Below are positions 12,743-27,415 of a stretch of 64,000 bases of DNA, piece by piece; position 1 is the stretch's first letter; each line of letters begins with the position of its first letter. The notes below the pieces were generated by a model. That model was not told the origin of the DNA. It worked only from the letters and a program-made list of their open reading frames with translations, and searched no databases. The stretch is from Octopus bimaculoides. Its lineage: Eukaryota. The stretch covers positions 21,788,094 through 21,852,093 of the forward strand of contig NC_068993.1 of the NCBI RefSeq assembly GCF_001194135.2, read 5' to 3'. Position numbers and translations under genes: made by a program.

Positions 12743-13650
12743 TTTTTGCTTACACACCGCCTATATATGCGCATGTGTGTGTGTCTGTGTATAAGTGATT
12801 TCGTTTTCATTGACTTGGCTTGGACATAATGTTCGAATAAGTAGGTACCAACAATAATATTTTTGATTTAGTTTTCACCCTGCAGCATTGGGTTGTGTAT
12901 AGTTGATTGAATCACTGTTGTATGCACTGAACCATCGCTCTACATTAGTTGTATACTACTAACACTTAATCTATTAACCTTTGAGCAGGGAAAGTTAATT
13001 GTAAATTGAACACAACATAATAAAGTATTTCGTGTAATTTTTCCTTCAACTTGTCGCTTTAACAGCACAAAAACGCATTGATTTGCTTGAAATTATCTTA
13101 ATGCATCGTAGATTGATGAGACGTATGTCTTGAAGGAACAAAATTACTATATAGAATTAATTACGTGGAGTTGCTTCTTAATATTTCTTATTAACGGGAA
13201 TACAAGACCATAATGTGTGTATATATATATATATNNNNNNNNNNNNNNNNNNNNNNNNNNNNNNNNNNNNNNNNNNNNNNNNNNNNNNNNNNNNNNNNNN
13301 NNNNNNNNNNNNNNNNNNNNNNNNNNNNNNNNNNNNNNNNNNNNNNNNNNNNNNNNNNNNNNNNNNNNNNNNNNNNNNNNNNNNNNNNNNNNNNNNNNNN
13401 NNNNNNNNNNNNNNNNNNNNNNNNNNNNNNNNNNNNNNNNNNNNNNNNNNNNNNNNNNNNNNNNNNNNNNNNNNNNNNNNNNNNNNNNNNNNNNNNNNNN
13501 NNNNNNNNNNNNNNNNNNNNNNNNNNNNNNNNNNNNNNNNNNNNNNNNNNNNNNNNNNNNNNNNNNNNNNNNNNNNNNNNNNNNNNNNNNNNNTATATAT
13601 ATATATATATATATATATATGCATATATATATACATATATACATAAATAT

Positions 13651-13972
13651 GCGCAGGAGTGGCTATGTGGTAAGTAGCTTGCTTACCAACAATATGATTC
13701 CGGGTTCAGTCCCACTATGTGGCAACTTGGGCAAGTGTCTTCTACTAGATCTTCGGGCCGACCAAAGCATTTTGTGTGGATTTAGTAGATCGAAACTGAA
13801 AGAAGCCCGTCGTATATAAATATATATATATGCGTGTGTGTGTGTGTGTGTGTGCGTTTATGTGTGTGTATGTGCGTGTATGTGTGTTTCTGTGTCGTTG
13901 TCTGTTCCCCCAACATCGCTTGACAACCGATGCCGGTGTGTTTACGTCCCCGTAACTTAACAGTTTGGAAAA
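13651..13972 (+). mobile_element. SINE family A (tRNA-derived head, CORE-like domain, internal TA/TG microsatellite)
   Basis: A-box-like tggctatgtggta and B-box-like gggttcagtccc are followed by cttgggcaagtgtcttctacta. The element recurs several times in the window. Confidence 0.8.
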
Positions 13973-16289
13973 ACTATATTTCTACATGATTGTATTATAT
14001 GATAGCAGAGCAATCACTTCCTGTTACAGTTGAAGAGTGGCGTTTCAGTAAGTGAATTCATTACACTTTAACTAAAGGTTGAATTACTCAGCCTCTGTGA
14101 ATTCATACTCTTACATACTAGTTGGAATATATTGAAAACTATGATGAAATTTTTTTATGCTTAGGGAAATGAACAAGTAATATGTAAACCATTGTACGGA
14201 ATAACAAAGCTGCTTTTACAGCAATGTTGCATTTACACGATGCAATATCTGAAGCAGGTGGGGTGATTTGATGTTATGTCTGACTTAACATATCTTCACT
14301 AAGAGAGTACAAACTTCTTGTCCGGTTGCCACCACTCTAATATCTCAACTGTCTGAACTCACTCCTTTGATGACAAGTTTCACTAGAATATGATAGGCTC
14401 AGTTTTGAAAATAACACTAGCACAACTAATTCTGGGATATTTGAAATAAAGTTTAAGAAACTATTTATTTTCTTTAATATTTTAAATCCCATCGTCAGTT
14501 ATTCTCCAACGAATAAAGTAATCAAACCATGATTATTTACGATAAATAGAATAAAGTTTTCAAGTTCTGACGTTTCGAAATCCACGAAATTCACTAAATG
14601 AAATCTGTGAACACATAATTAAAAAGATAACCATAATTTTTTAAAATCTATATTTTAGATTCAAAATGTTATATACATTGTCATGTTAACAGTATTCGAA
14701 TAGAAGTCCAAGAAATAATTATGATTGACCTCTACGGTCATATTGAGAAGTACAAACAAACCCGCTTTCCAAACGATAGATAGTAAAACTGAAATATGAG
14801 GATCCCAGCAAGTATAGATTTTCTTAAGTTTTACTAGATTATGCTTTTAATCTTATTTATGTGCTATGTGTCATTAAAGGGCAGAGCCTCAGAATCTTCC
14901 ATCCATCAGATCTTTGAGGTGTTTTTGTAGTGAAAACTTTTTTAAATTTCATATCGTCATACAATTTCGTGTACTTCTATTTGAACATGCAACGTTTCTT
15001 ACCAAACAATTAGTTAGATATCATGCTTCAGCATAATGCTTCCCGAAAATCCTTCCCGTATTTAGTTACTGCAGTGCATAAACATAAGTTTGGTCTTCTA
15101 GTTGACTTGAAATAGAGACCTCAAAAACTATTTCGCTAGTTAGACAGAAAAAAAAAATATCTGTATTGTGAGTAGTTGATATCTTACTGGGAAATAATTC
15201 TTCTGTCTTCCTATTACAAGAATCACACTCGTTAAAACTGTCTTTATTCCCAAATCCAATAAAAGTAACTCGTAAATATTGCATTTGCCGTGTAGACATA
15301 GCCCACAAGTAATAAAAGTACTTTCGCTATGATCTATTTTTGGTAATATAGGCTGCTATCAATGTTCGTTGTGAAAATTTATGATATTTATTGGAAATGA
15401 TTTTACATTGTCTATATTATTGACGTGCACTGTCTTTAAACTGGAATCTAAATACACCTGGTTTATATTTCGTTTTTTAATTTCGTAAACTAGTATCAAT
15501 TTCAAATTGCTGATAGATCTGACCAAGACACGAGATATTTAATAAGGGAGAAAATATGAAACCTATGCTTCTGCAAAATTCATGCGCAAAATATTTAAGT
15601 AACAATTTAAAACGAACCAACAGTTGAAAACTATCTATGCTTCATATAAACTTGATCTATATTGTGATATTCATCATTCATACATTGTTGAATTTTCTCA
15701 TTTTCTACATACAAACTGAATAGAATTATATGATGTTACTTCTTTGGGAAAAAATGGCTACTCTAGGATGTCCTTGTTATTAAAGAGTTCGCTCATAGTA
15801 GCACCAGGGTGGTATCTTGGGTAAATGTTTTCTATAATAACTTCAGATAAATCAATTGCTTCTGTAAGGAATGCGACGCGGAGAAAAAGTACAGAAGGTC
15901 ATCATTTACACACATTATGACAACGCATATATTATGTATATATATGTTTTTCTCATATAATACTTCAGGATGTGAACTGATGTTCTTTGAACGAAGTTCA
16001 ATTGCCTAGCAGAGCTACCTTTACACCTAATTATGTCGAAATTCATTGATGAAGTGGTTGGCCTAGGAGATAACTGTAACAAATTAGTAACAAATTTTAT
16101 TAAAATTGTTATCTACAATGAAGAACATTATAAATACAAAAGTAAGCCCAAAGGAAGAACATATGTGTGAAATAATTAATTTGTGTTTAATAGTAGAGTC
16201 TCTCTACTATTAAACATTTTCTGAAAAGTAATAAAAATAAACATACCAAAATTATGAACGCAATTCATTGCAATTCATTTTATTTTAGA

Positions 16290-16520
16290 CGCAGGTATTC
16301 GCAACGTATTCTCCGGATCATCCCCCCACTGCTGCGCGGTACCTTGGGCGTATGCTTTTTTACTATATCCCCGGGATGACGGTAACATTCGTTTGNNNNN
16401 NNNNNTCCCCCCACTGCTGCGCGGTACCTTGGGCGTATGCTTTTTTACTATATCCCCGGGATGACGGTAACATTCGTTTGAGTGAAACTAATTGACAGAC
16501 TGACGAAAATTAAGGAAACC
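16290..16520 (+). mobile_element. SINE family A, degenerate copy containing an assembly duplication
   Basis: The block cccactgctgcgcggtaccttgggcg...tactatatccccggg resembles the family A CORE block. Confidence 0.45.
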
Positions 16521-16542
16521 TGTCATTCACATCACCTTATCC

Positions 16543-16588
<46 letters not shown>

Positions 16589-17639
16589 ATGTGTGTGTAT
16601 GTGTCTGTCAGTCTGTATGTATGTCTGTTTCTATGTATGTATGTGTGTATGAATGAAGGCATTTGTGCGTGTCTTAATCTGTATATATTCAAATTTTCTC
16701 TTGTTAGCATGTCTCTGTCTACATGAGCCTCTTCATGCTGCCATCGGTTGAAAAACCGCTCATTTTTCGTCTGAGAAATTAATGGCTCGATGGATAAAAC
16801 TGAATATGGTAAGTGGCAGATCTTAAAATAAACACTGGAATCAATATCTTTGGCCTAAACCCCTCAATATGTTGTCTTGTCATGGCAGCAATACAATGAC
16901 GAAAATGTGTCAGAGAGTAAGGATTTGTAATTAATGTTTCAAAACTGCATGATTGAATTATTTAGATATTCATATTAGCATGTCGTTGATATTGGTGTTG
17001 ATGAGTTTTGGTATAACTGGTAATTGTTTCTCTCATTGGAAATTTTTTGTCGTTAATTAAAACAGTAGTTCAAGAAAGATCATTTGTTATAAGAGCCAGA
17101 TTAAATATCTTGAAGTAATACTTCCTTTTACTTTCAGATCAATTCGGAGTCAACTTGCTTTTCATTTTTCAAGGGATTTGAGAGATCTACTATCCTCAGA
17201 ATCTATGGGTTTTTGATTAATAAATTGACATTGTTCTTGGGGGAGCTATTTGCTGCTGTTTTGTTACCCTTAGTTTAGATCTTATCGAATAAATGTATGA
17301 TCAGAAGCGACCATTCCATTATTCTTCGCTTATTGTATAACTAAGATTTATTAACCAATGTCTATTAATTTCAAAACGGTAGTATATGATTTTGAATGAG
17401 ATTTGAATTCTTTAAATGGCACTTGAGCAAGGTATATCTAAAACAGATTTTTTAATTTACGCTGGACAAAACTATCTTGTAGTATGTATTAGCTTTAGGT
17501 TCTAACAGCAAGTCCAGACAAACGTTCAACATTGTCCTCCCTATAAAGCTCTAGGGACAATTTAATCAACTCTCCTCACAAATCTATAGCATAGTAATTA
17601 CTGTCTATGCTAGTAATTACTATCACTTTTATTACTCAG

Positions 17640-18250
17640 GGCAGGAAAATAGCAGAATCTATAGCACGCCAGACAAGATGTTTAGCGGCAAACTATTCCA
17701 GCTTCACGTTTTCAGTTCAAACTCTCCTGACATTAATTTTTGTCTTTCATCCTTTCGGAGTCGATAGAATAAGTACCATTTGAGCATTAGGATCGATGTA
17801 ATCGACTTGCCCGCTCCCCTAAAAATATAAGGCTATGTATCTATACAAGAAAATATTATCTTTATTATTCTTTAAGGCAGAAGGTAGCATGCTGGAAGAA
17901 ACGTTAGCACTTCGAGGGTAATGCTTAGCATCAAATATTCCAGTTTAACGTTCTGAGCTCATTTTCATGCGAGGTCGATAAAATACGTACCAGTTGAGGA
18001 CTGAAGTCGATGAAATCGACTTCCCTATTCAATTGAAATTACTGAACTTGTGCCAACAAATAGAAATAGTTATTGCAACGGGCAGCCGAATGACAGAATC
18101 GTTACCACGCTGGATAAAATGATTAAAGACATATCGTCTGTCCTCAGTTCAAATTACACTCAGGTAGACTTGGCCATTCATCCGTTCAAAATCGATAAAA
18201 TAAGTACCGGTCAAGTACTGGACACGATGAAAATGTCCCCAGAACTTGTC
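17640..18250 (+). mobile_element. Three head-to-tail copies of SINE family B (about 210 bp unit)
   Basis: The blocks gcaga..cgttagcac, cgttct.agttcaaa and tcatcctttcgg.gtcgata.aataagtacc recur at about 17640, 17873 and 18080. Confidence 0.75.
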
Positions 18251-18269
18251 TATTTCTTTTCTGTTTAGC

Positions 18270-19235
18270 TTATTCCATATTTGTCTAATAAATGCTTTTC
18301 TTGCCATCGATGTATCATGATATTTTGTCGTTCTAGTTTTAACTAAAATTGTAGTTGCTTTACAGCTTTGTTGTCTCCTCTTTTCCCATAGTTGGTGGAT
18401 ATTATAACCTCTTCCTGGTATTTTTCGGCTTCCTTTAAGACAGAAATCGGTCTTTGTTTTTCTAATGCACTGTGGCTAGTTTTATTAATTTTCTTTGGCT
18501 CTGAATTAGATATTTATAGTCCCATGATGGATTATTTATAGCAGATTTCTTGTTGTATAAAACCTCTACTTCTTCAATTCGTTGTAAATGTAAGCTTACT
18601 ATATCAGATTTTGTATGGCTTATTCTAATACAAGCACAGGCACAAATACAGACATGCATACTCACATACAGTTTGCTCAGTTCATTTAGTGTCCAAATTA
18701 AGAATATTGTAATTGTAACTAATAAATGGGACAGATAGAGTAATGATGCCTGTTGCCTTCTTTTCGCATTGAGCTCTGTTTTAAGTATTAATCCAACTCT
18801 TCTCTGATATTCCTTCCGTTTGTGTGTGTTCGCTTATTCCTAAGAATGTGTATGTCTGGGTTTGATTTAGTTCTATTATCTTATTTTCTTTATCTGATGT
18901 AATATTGTTATTCTTAATTAGTTTTCTGCTTTTCAACATTGCTTTGGTACATTTTTCTAAGCCAAATTTCATATATACTTCTTTGATAAATTCGCGCACT
19001 GTCTGTAGCAATTTTTCCAGTTGTTTATCAATTGCAGCATACAACTTGAGATCATCAATATGGAAGAGGTGGTTGATTTTTTTATTTTTTTATCATGGTT
19101 GTTGAATCCGTATCCCGTTGTGTTTAGCATGTCAGTTAAAGGCGACAGTGCCAGAGAGAAAAGAAGTGGAGAGAGTGAGTCTTCTTCGAATATTCCTCTT
19201 CTAATTGAGATGGCTTTAGTTTTTATAATTCCCAT
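18270..19235 (-). mobile_element. R4/Dong-clade non-LTR retrotransposon RT fragment
   Basis: The minus strand gives IRRGIFEEDSLSPLLFSLALSPL, INHLFHIDDLKLYAA, MKFGLEKCTK, YTFLGISE and LILKTELNAK. It is frameshifted, and its 5' end abuts an (ATC)n microsatellite. Confidence 0.8.
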
Positions 19236-19266
19236 CATCATCCTCATCATTTTCGTCATCATCATT

Positions 19267-19304
<38 letters not shown>

Positions 19305-19312
19305 GATTATTA
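19235..19312. repeat. (ATC)n microsatellite
   Basis: Direct reading. It lies between the Dong fragment and a SINE B copy. Confidence 0.95.
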
Positions 19313-19314
19313 AG

Positions 19315-19510
19315 AAGGCAGCGATCTGGGAAAATTGTTAGCCACGCATTTCGCCCGTTCTAACGTTCTGATCTCAAATTACGCCGGGGTCGACTGAACC
19401 TTTTATCATTTTGGAGTAAAAGAAATAAGTAGCAGTGATGAAATCGGGTCGATGTAATTGACGTCCCTCTTCCTTCAACAACTCATGGTCCTGTGTCAAA
19501 ATTTAAAACC
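19315..19510 (+). mobile_element. SINE family B
   Basis: Contains acgttctgatctcaaattacgccggggtcgac...tttatcattttggagt...aaataagtag...gggtcgatgtaattgac. Confidence 0.7.
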
Positions 19511-22500
19511 TTTATTATCATTGTATCACCTGTTACTGTGATATCAGGTTGATACCACAATTTCATTACCCACTACTACCAGTGAGAAAAGGCGATGAAT
19601 TACCAGTAAATCATCGTATAGAAAATTTCGCAGTATTCCCTTGAAATGCTTTAGATTTTAGCCTGAAAACAATGGATTGAATCAAAATCAATTTTTACTT
19701 TATATAAACAACATAAACTTGAAATCTTTACTGGTGTCCCATCAGCACAGGACTGCTTTAAGAAATTTAAAGCAGGAAAAAGATCGCTTTCCAGTGGCTC
19801 TGGGGTATTGTTTTTAACCCCTCAGATATCCATAGGCTTTTGTATGACACTCTGAGTCGCGAGCTAATGCATCGCGGAAAGCCCACTTGCCATAGTGCCT
19901 TGTTAACAAACTTCCTGTAGAGACCTGCTTGACTCTTCATATGTATGTAGTATATAGATCATTTACTAACCACACAAAACGAGTGATGTATTATATAATT
20001 CATGTTTAACAATATAATAAATTTTATCTGAGAGAAGTTGATGAACAGAATAGTTTATTGTTCATTTGATAAAGCTTCTTTTTCACTCAGATTTAATGTT
20101 AGCTTTTAATTGGTTTTCTCTACCTTATGCAGAACACACACATAAAATTATACTACTTTCTCATAGATACATTGTTCAAATGTTGTATTTAAGGGAACGC
20201 TTGCAGGAAATATAAAGCAATAAATCGCTTAAAAAGTTTTATTGAAGTTCATTTATTTTTTCTGCTGTGAAATTCTACGGTTAACCCTTGATTCCAATGA
20301 AGAAGTCTCTTCGAGATCTTTCGAGAGTACTGATGGTGCGTAACTGGAAGATGTTATAACTACAGTTGATCATTGTTGTTCAACTAAATTTACGGATACC
20401 AGGGGAATCTTTAGTATGCAACAATAATTAACGTGGGACGATTTGTCAGTATTATTCACTGAAATAAAGAAACGTTCTTGTGCATAGTCAAAAATCCCGT
20501 GATAATACCAGAATAGAAATTTGCATAACGTTTCAAACGGAGGTCCTCGCCAGAATGAAGTACATAGGAGAAAAAGAAAGAAAATTAGAAAACACTGGGC
20601 TGAAAATGCACTTAGTGCTTTGGTGTAGCCCACACATTACAGTCCAGTCATACCATTTTGAATTTCGAAATTCTAAAACGATTTCTTATAAACCCTCTTC
20701 GTGCATATATACTAACACGTTTATTGCGTTTTATCGATTTTGCTATCTTGCATTTTAAAATTATACGTATGTATGCATGTATGTATGTATGTATGTATGC
20801 ATATATGTATGTATATATGTATGTATATATATATATATATATATATAGTAGGAGAAGGTTATGACGGAAAAAACTGTTTTGTTACTATTCCTGATAGTAG
20901 GTTTTTATTGTTTCATTTTATTGTCAGTTTTTATATCCTTTCAGAAAGCAGAACTCTCACAACCTTCAAAACACGCTGTTCCCATAAAAATCTTTCCTAG
21001 AAGTTATTCTGCACAACAACTTTATACAGCGTGTTACGTTGACGAGATGTTATAGTCTTTGGGAGAAAATTTATGTACATTGTCAGTAGCTGGAAGTGTA
21101 TGTAGAACAAAATCTATATACTTAAACGTACTTTACTAATAATTTGCTAATAGTTTACTAATAATTTAGAACAAGCTAATAAAACAATTATGAGAAAATT
21201 TCATGAGTGCATTTTCTGTTGAAAAGTGAATATGAAATCTAAACAATCTTTCGCTTCAACTTCATCTAATTGTGCATGCATTTAAGAACCCAACGAAATT
21301 CTTTTTGTTTATGAATTTTATGGCACAAAACCTATCGTTAGTTTAAAGCATTTCAGCAGTACTATGAGTGTTTATTCATAACGTCCTATCGGATTTGCGA
21401 CTGTAGGAACGCAGTAATAAATTATAGATATAATCAATTTATTTATTTGTTGTTTATATGTGATTCATGATTTTTTTATTGAGGAATATGACAAATATGA
21501 ATGATTGTTTTGTTAACATTTACATATAGTAAGATAGCGGTATTTAACCCCTGCTTTATTTTATACATCTTTCATTCTACAACCTAAAAATCATAGTCCA
21601 AACACTATTTGAGCACCAAATAACATAACCTATGTTATTAAATGACAATTACTTGATGTATATATTCATAACCCGTTGTTCTTTCAACACAGGCCTGGCA
21701 ATGGGCAATGTCTATATTTACACGGAGGAGAGATGATAAGATAGAATAATGTTATATTGTTTTGCAATGAAATTATACCGATGAGATGTAGATATAAGAT
21801 AGGACCGTATTGCAATCTGATGAATATAACACTTTACTGCCGCCAGACATTGTAGAATGTATGATTTTGTCAAGTAGCGAGTGAAGGAAGAGAAAGCTAG
21901 CAGCATATCTGAAATGGGGACTTAGTAATATTTTATCCCTCTAGATCTTCCGTTTCAATAAAATAAATTTTCGTCATTATTTTCCCATTCCGTTTCTACC
22001 ATGTTGTGCACCATGTTGCATGGACAATATTTCTTTTACAGCTCTCATTTGTTTTTCTCAAACAAAACAAATTTCGAACACATCATTTGAGCGTTAACAA
22101 GATTGCCGTGAGAAATAGTTTCATTCATTGGCCAATATGAGTTACAAAACTTGGGCTTGAATGCAGATGTTTTTAAGACAGCAGAATATAACTAGTCGGA
22201 GGTATAGTCTGTCAAAAGTATATTCCTTTTGCTAAAAAGAGATAGCTGTATGACTCGATACGGCTCTAATTTGACAACGGCTGTAATTTGACGACGGCTG
22301 TAAAGTGCAAGTTCAGTGGAACGATGGACAATATGAATTGTGGAATTTACTTCACTTTGGCGTCTGAGTTCAACGTAGCATTTCGTCATTCTTTTGCCGA
22401 CGAAAGGTACTGGTTTGATGTGTTCCGCCATACTGCCCACAAGGATTTTTCCTTCCTCCTATGCTGGTAGTCTGTGCAAGGGAGAGACTAGCGGATGATG

Positions 22501-24599
22501 AAGTCTGAAAAGCTTCGAACAAACTATTTTGCAGATTTATGAAGTTAAATTAAGCCAATTTCCAGTTTTGTCTTTCATCACATCAGCTTCCATCAAACAA
22601 CTACCATTCCATACGTAACATAAAACAGTATGGTTTTGTGTCTACGTAGGAAACCATTGTTATTTGAGGCGTGATCGAGTGACAAGAACGATAGGTGCCA
22701 AATTAAGAAAATTTAACTGATTGTAAACAGAGACGGAAAGGAGTATAAAACGAAAATAATTGTTATGGGTCCAAGAGAATTTCAGGTTGTGGCGGTTTTA
22801 TAATAAACAAACTATATTTGATCAAATTGTAAGGGAATTAATCAAATATCAAAACTTAAAAATCAAATTTAAATATACTGAAAGGAAATAAAATGCATTT
22901 ATTGCATTTTCACTTGTATGGTTCTTCTGTTGCTGAATCGTTAAATCAATCTCCCTCACCCCAACCAATACACAATTTCTCAACATCTTTTTTCTGTACT
23001 CTCTCCTTCTCACTCTCTCCTGCACACAGTCTCTCGCACATACACACTATTTCCCACATTTCGTGTTTTACATATAACTATATACATAATTATTTTTCTC
23101 TTCTTTTCTGACTACACGCGTAACTTGCACGCATATACACGCTCACAGAGAGATGATGCGCGCACACACATGCATATAAATATGTAAATATACTCAGAAA
23201 ATGGCATAAACAAAGACACGGTAACATACACACACCACACAAATTATTCTCGACTCTCAGACTTATTTTTGTGTGTTGTCACTGTGTATGTATGTATGTA
23301 TGTTTGTATGTATGTATGTATGTATTATGTATATATGTATGTATGTATGTTAATCGGTAGGTACAAACACAGAATACAAACAAACACACGCGTAAAAAAT
23401 AAAATAAATACCTATTATTGAAAAAGGAGCTAGTTCCCCTTCACTGACACAAAATCCTTTAAAATAAGATAATAAAGTAAATTAGCAAATAATTCAATTG
23501 TTTACCAGACATCTGAAACAATGTAATGAAGTATACAGAAATGATCAACTTGTGTGATCTGTGTATTAATGTGTTTGTGCATGCTCGCTTGTGTGTTGTG
23601 TTCAAGTGTGCGAGTGCAAGTGTGTGTGTTAGTATATTCGTGAGCAAATGGTCTGTGTGCGCGCTCAAGTGTTGTACATTATGTGTTGCGTTAGAAGATC
23701 TGTATGTAGATGTGTGTGTGTGTGTTTATATTTCTGTGAGTAATATCCACGTGTGTATCGATGCATGTAGTTGTCCTATTATTATATTCGCTTATGTGTG
23801 CGCTGTACCTATGTGTGTGCTACGAGCGCATGTGTATGCACCAGTCTTTATTTGCAAGTGTGCGTGTATGTTGTGTGTCTGTTTGTAAGTCTGAAAGCGC
23901 TTGTTGTAAGAGTATGTCTATTTATATCTTTCGATGCAAGTGCATTTGTTAATGTCTCTGTTCGTCTTTGTGGCGTGTGTATGTATGTGGGCTTGTCTGA
24001 CTGATTATGAATTTGTGTCTTTGTATGTTTATTTGTAAGCCTCTTCCTGTTAGTACGTGGTTATGTTTCTGAATGTGTGTATTTGTCGTATATTTATCTT
24101 TGTTCACTCTACTGAGAGATTCAACATTAAATAAATAATATACAAAAACAAATATATAAACTATAAATATATAAATAACCCGAACTTGTGATGAAAGAGA
24201 AATATATCTCTTTGTCTTTATACAATTTATAAACAATACTGAAGCTGTGAGCAACCTTAGTGGTAGTGGTATCGGTGTTGATGATAGCTGGGGTTCTAAT
24301 AATGGGGGCAATAGATAGGATTGCTGTGGTGCTGGTGTTCGAATTTTGGTTGTAAAAATGGTAGAATTATTTGTTTCTTTTTCTTGTGTTTAAGCACCAG
24401 GAATGCTTTAACTAATCAATACATTACATTTGCAATTTTTCTTGGGTATTTGCAAAGAATGGGAAATGTTATTCCTATTCTATCCAAAGCAGCAGACGGT
24501 AGTGTAATGTGAGAGAAATTTAGCTGCTATTTCAACCGAAGTGGGCGACTACGTAGATGCTCGAGGTTTGGCTGAGTGTACTGTTTCATAATGACGTCA

Positions 24600-24790
24600 G
24601 TGATGATGATGGCTTCTGAAGTACCTGTATTGCAAAGGGCCAGTCTTGCCACACACTGTGTCACGCTGAATCTCCCCGAGAACTACGTTAAGGGTACACG
24701 TGTCTGTGGATTGCTCAGCCACTTACGCGTTAATTTCTGTTGATCGGATCAACTGGAACCCTCGTCGTCATAACCAACGGAGTTCCACGT
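24600..24790 (+). mobile_element. SINE family C, 3' portion
   Basis: The block tgtcacgctgaatctccccgagaactacgttaagggtacacgtgtctgtgg...gttgatcggatcaactggaaccctcgtcgtc is the reverse complement of 43505-43735. Confidence 0.75.
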
Positions 24791-26104
24791 GATATATNNN
24801 NNNNNNNNNNNNNNNNNNNNNNNNNNNNNNNNNNNNNNNNNNNNNNNNNNNNNNNNNTATATATATATATATATATTTATGAGTGAGTGAGTGAATGATT
24901 GAGAGGATGTATGTATGTATGTATGTATGATCTAGTACGCAGGAAAACAGTTGAGCTGTGTCTTGGGCGTTTTCAAGATTCGCGTCACCATTTCAATAGA
25001 TTAAGCTGTCGGTTAGACATGAGAGGAAAAAGTACTGAGCTGAACTAGGCACAAATTGGATGACAAAAGAAGAGCAGTAGAGTGATCCAGATAGGCTTGG
25101 GGACAGGTGAAACTGTACGTGTCTGTTCCAACGTGCAGAGGCATCAGCTCTAGCGCTAGAAAAGGCAGGTTGGGAGAAGTTACATAAAATACACGTTACT
25201 GCGATTTAAATACATTCGCTAATTCCAAGTGCGAGTTATCATACATACACACGTTCATATAATGTGAACGCACCCGCACAATATTATTACGCAACGATAT
25301 GCGTACATATAACTTTTTTTTTCTCGTATTGGGCACTCAACTACAAATGAATTTAGGGGTGTCATCATGACGTATGGATCGGGATGGGCATTTTTAGACT
25401 CGGCTGACCCCGTGACCCCGATTCTCTTTTAATAGGTTAACAACAGCCACTTGAGAAAGAAATAGAATAGACAATAGTACAGGAATGGCACGATGTCGTT
25501 CCTCAAAGGATGAATAGTAAAATTATCTTTGGTGATAAGTAACATAGAACGTCGATAAAGGGAACGAACATGATAAGACACCTGATACATTACGACGCAA
25601 ATAAAATGCCACCCTTCACACGTGAGCACCCATATACACGCACTCGCGCGCACACATACAAACATATACACACAGTCACCAGTATTTATGTACAAGAGTT
25701 GTTAGATTGGGAGAGTCGTTAGTGCGTCGAATGTAATGCTTTATTATTTTCCTTCTAGGTTTCTACACTCAAAATTTAGTTTCTAATGCGGTTGAGTTTG
25801 CATTCGTTTTTTTTCAGATCGATAAAGATTAAACTATATGAATTTCACTACGACCCTCTCACCCTACAATATTAACATCCTGGGTAATCCACTGGATCAA
25901 GTGTGGGAGTCTCGAGGTAGCGTCTACTTTAAACAACGTAAGCACGTAATCTATAAGAAAGAGTGATGGCAAGCCATAGTCAACTGAACTTGATAGACGT
26001 ACTGATCTTGTTACGTGCACGCACGCACACACACACACACACTCAAAAGCACACACGTATACGTACAAATATATTCGCTATTTCCTACTCATGTAAACTT
26101 CGAG

Positions 26105-26475
26105 TGCCTTTGTGGCAAGAAGCTTGCTTTCCAACCACATGGTTCCGCCTTCAGTCCCACTGAAACTGTCTTCTACTATAGCCTCAGTCTTGTGAGTGGA
26201 TTTGGTAGACGGAAACTGAAAGAAGCCCAATATATAATATGTATATATTTATGTGTGTGTATCTTTCTGTCTGTGTTTGTCCCTTCAACACCACTTCATA
26301 ACCGGTATTGGTGTATTTACATCCGCATAAGCTAGGCGGTTCGGCGAAAGGGAACGATAAAATAACCACTAGGCTTAAAAAATAAGTTCTAAGGTCGATT
26401 TGTTCTCCAAAAATCTTTCATGGCGATGCTGCAGTATGGCTGCAGTCAGATGACTTAAACGAGTAAAAGAATAAA
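26105..26475 (+). mobile_element. SINE family A, near full length
   Basis: Aligns by eye to 13651-13972 and 57681-58090, including the 3' tail gctgcagtca...taaaagaataaaa. Confidence 0.8.
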
Positions 26476-27019
26476 ATAATATATGCATCATAGCGTGTTG
26501 TCTTGCTTCACATCATGTCAAGTCGTTTTAAAGACTTTAGAAAGCTTTAGTTATCAAGCAATTGAATTTATGATTAAAATTATATTGTTGTCATCTATTT
26601 TTGTTACAACTTGCTTGGTCAAGAAGTTTCTTTATATTTTGAAATGGTAGAAACGTTAGTGTCACACAAAATACCTTGTCGTCTTCTCGTTACCGGTCTT
26701 CGTCTATTAGTTCATATCCCAGCAAAAAACATCTCTTGTCGATGGAATACACACTTGGCAATAAATGGTGATATTAAATATCCTGCTTTACAAGAAGTAT
26801 CAGTGGACGAAATACCATGCAGTATTTCTCCGTACTCTGTGTTCCGATATCAAATCCCGCTGATGATAATTTTGCCTTTCTTCTATCCAGGGTCTAAAAT
26901 ATAGTACCGGTTAAGTTTTAGTTTAGATTTAATAGATGAAGCTCTCCCTTGATTTTAGGGTATATGTCTATATTACAAATAGTTTCTATTATTTTTTTTA
27001 CAGCAGCAATATGTGGAGC

Positions 27020-27415
27020 TCGCAGAAGCGATTGGACGCCGGGCAAAAAGGCTTAGCGGCATTTTGTCTGTCTTTACGTTCTGAGTTCAAATTTCTCCGA
27101 GGTCGATTTCTCCTTTCATGCTATCGGGGTCGATGAAATAAGGACCGGTCATGCACTTAGATGTAATCGGCTACACACTGCCCTAAAATCTCGGGCCTTG
27201 TGTCTATAGAAAGGATCATTATTTGCACCAACAAGGGGGCGAGCTTGCAGAATTCTTAGCATACCAGGTAAAATGATTAGCGGCATACGTCACCTGTTTT
27301 TATATTGTCGTTTGTTCGTCCAAGGTCGATGAAATAAATACCAGTTGAGCACTGGTGTCGAGAAAATCGACTAGCCCATTCTACAAAGTTTCAGGTTTTG
27401 TGCCTATAGTAAAAA
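27020..27415 (+). mobile_element. Two tandem SINE family B copies
   Basis: The first copy (about 27020-27215) is complete. The second (about 27232-27415) has an internal deletion. Confidence 0.8.

Noticed and set aside
13651-13720. tRNA-like A and B boxes
   Set aside because: These are SINE heads with no cloverleaf, not tRNA genes.
14555-14610. GAAACGTC on the minus strand resembling a hammerhead 3' half
   Set aside because: There is no CTGANGA at a suitable distance.
16321-16480. Exact 75-bp direct repeat around a 10-N gap
   Set aside because: Overlapping contig ends joined by a placeholder gap, so an assembly artefact.
22255-22305. 17-bp unit acggctgtaatttgac repeated about 2.6 times
   Set aside because: A short local tandem duplication with no spacers, so not CRISPR-like.
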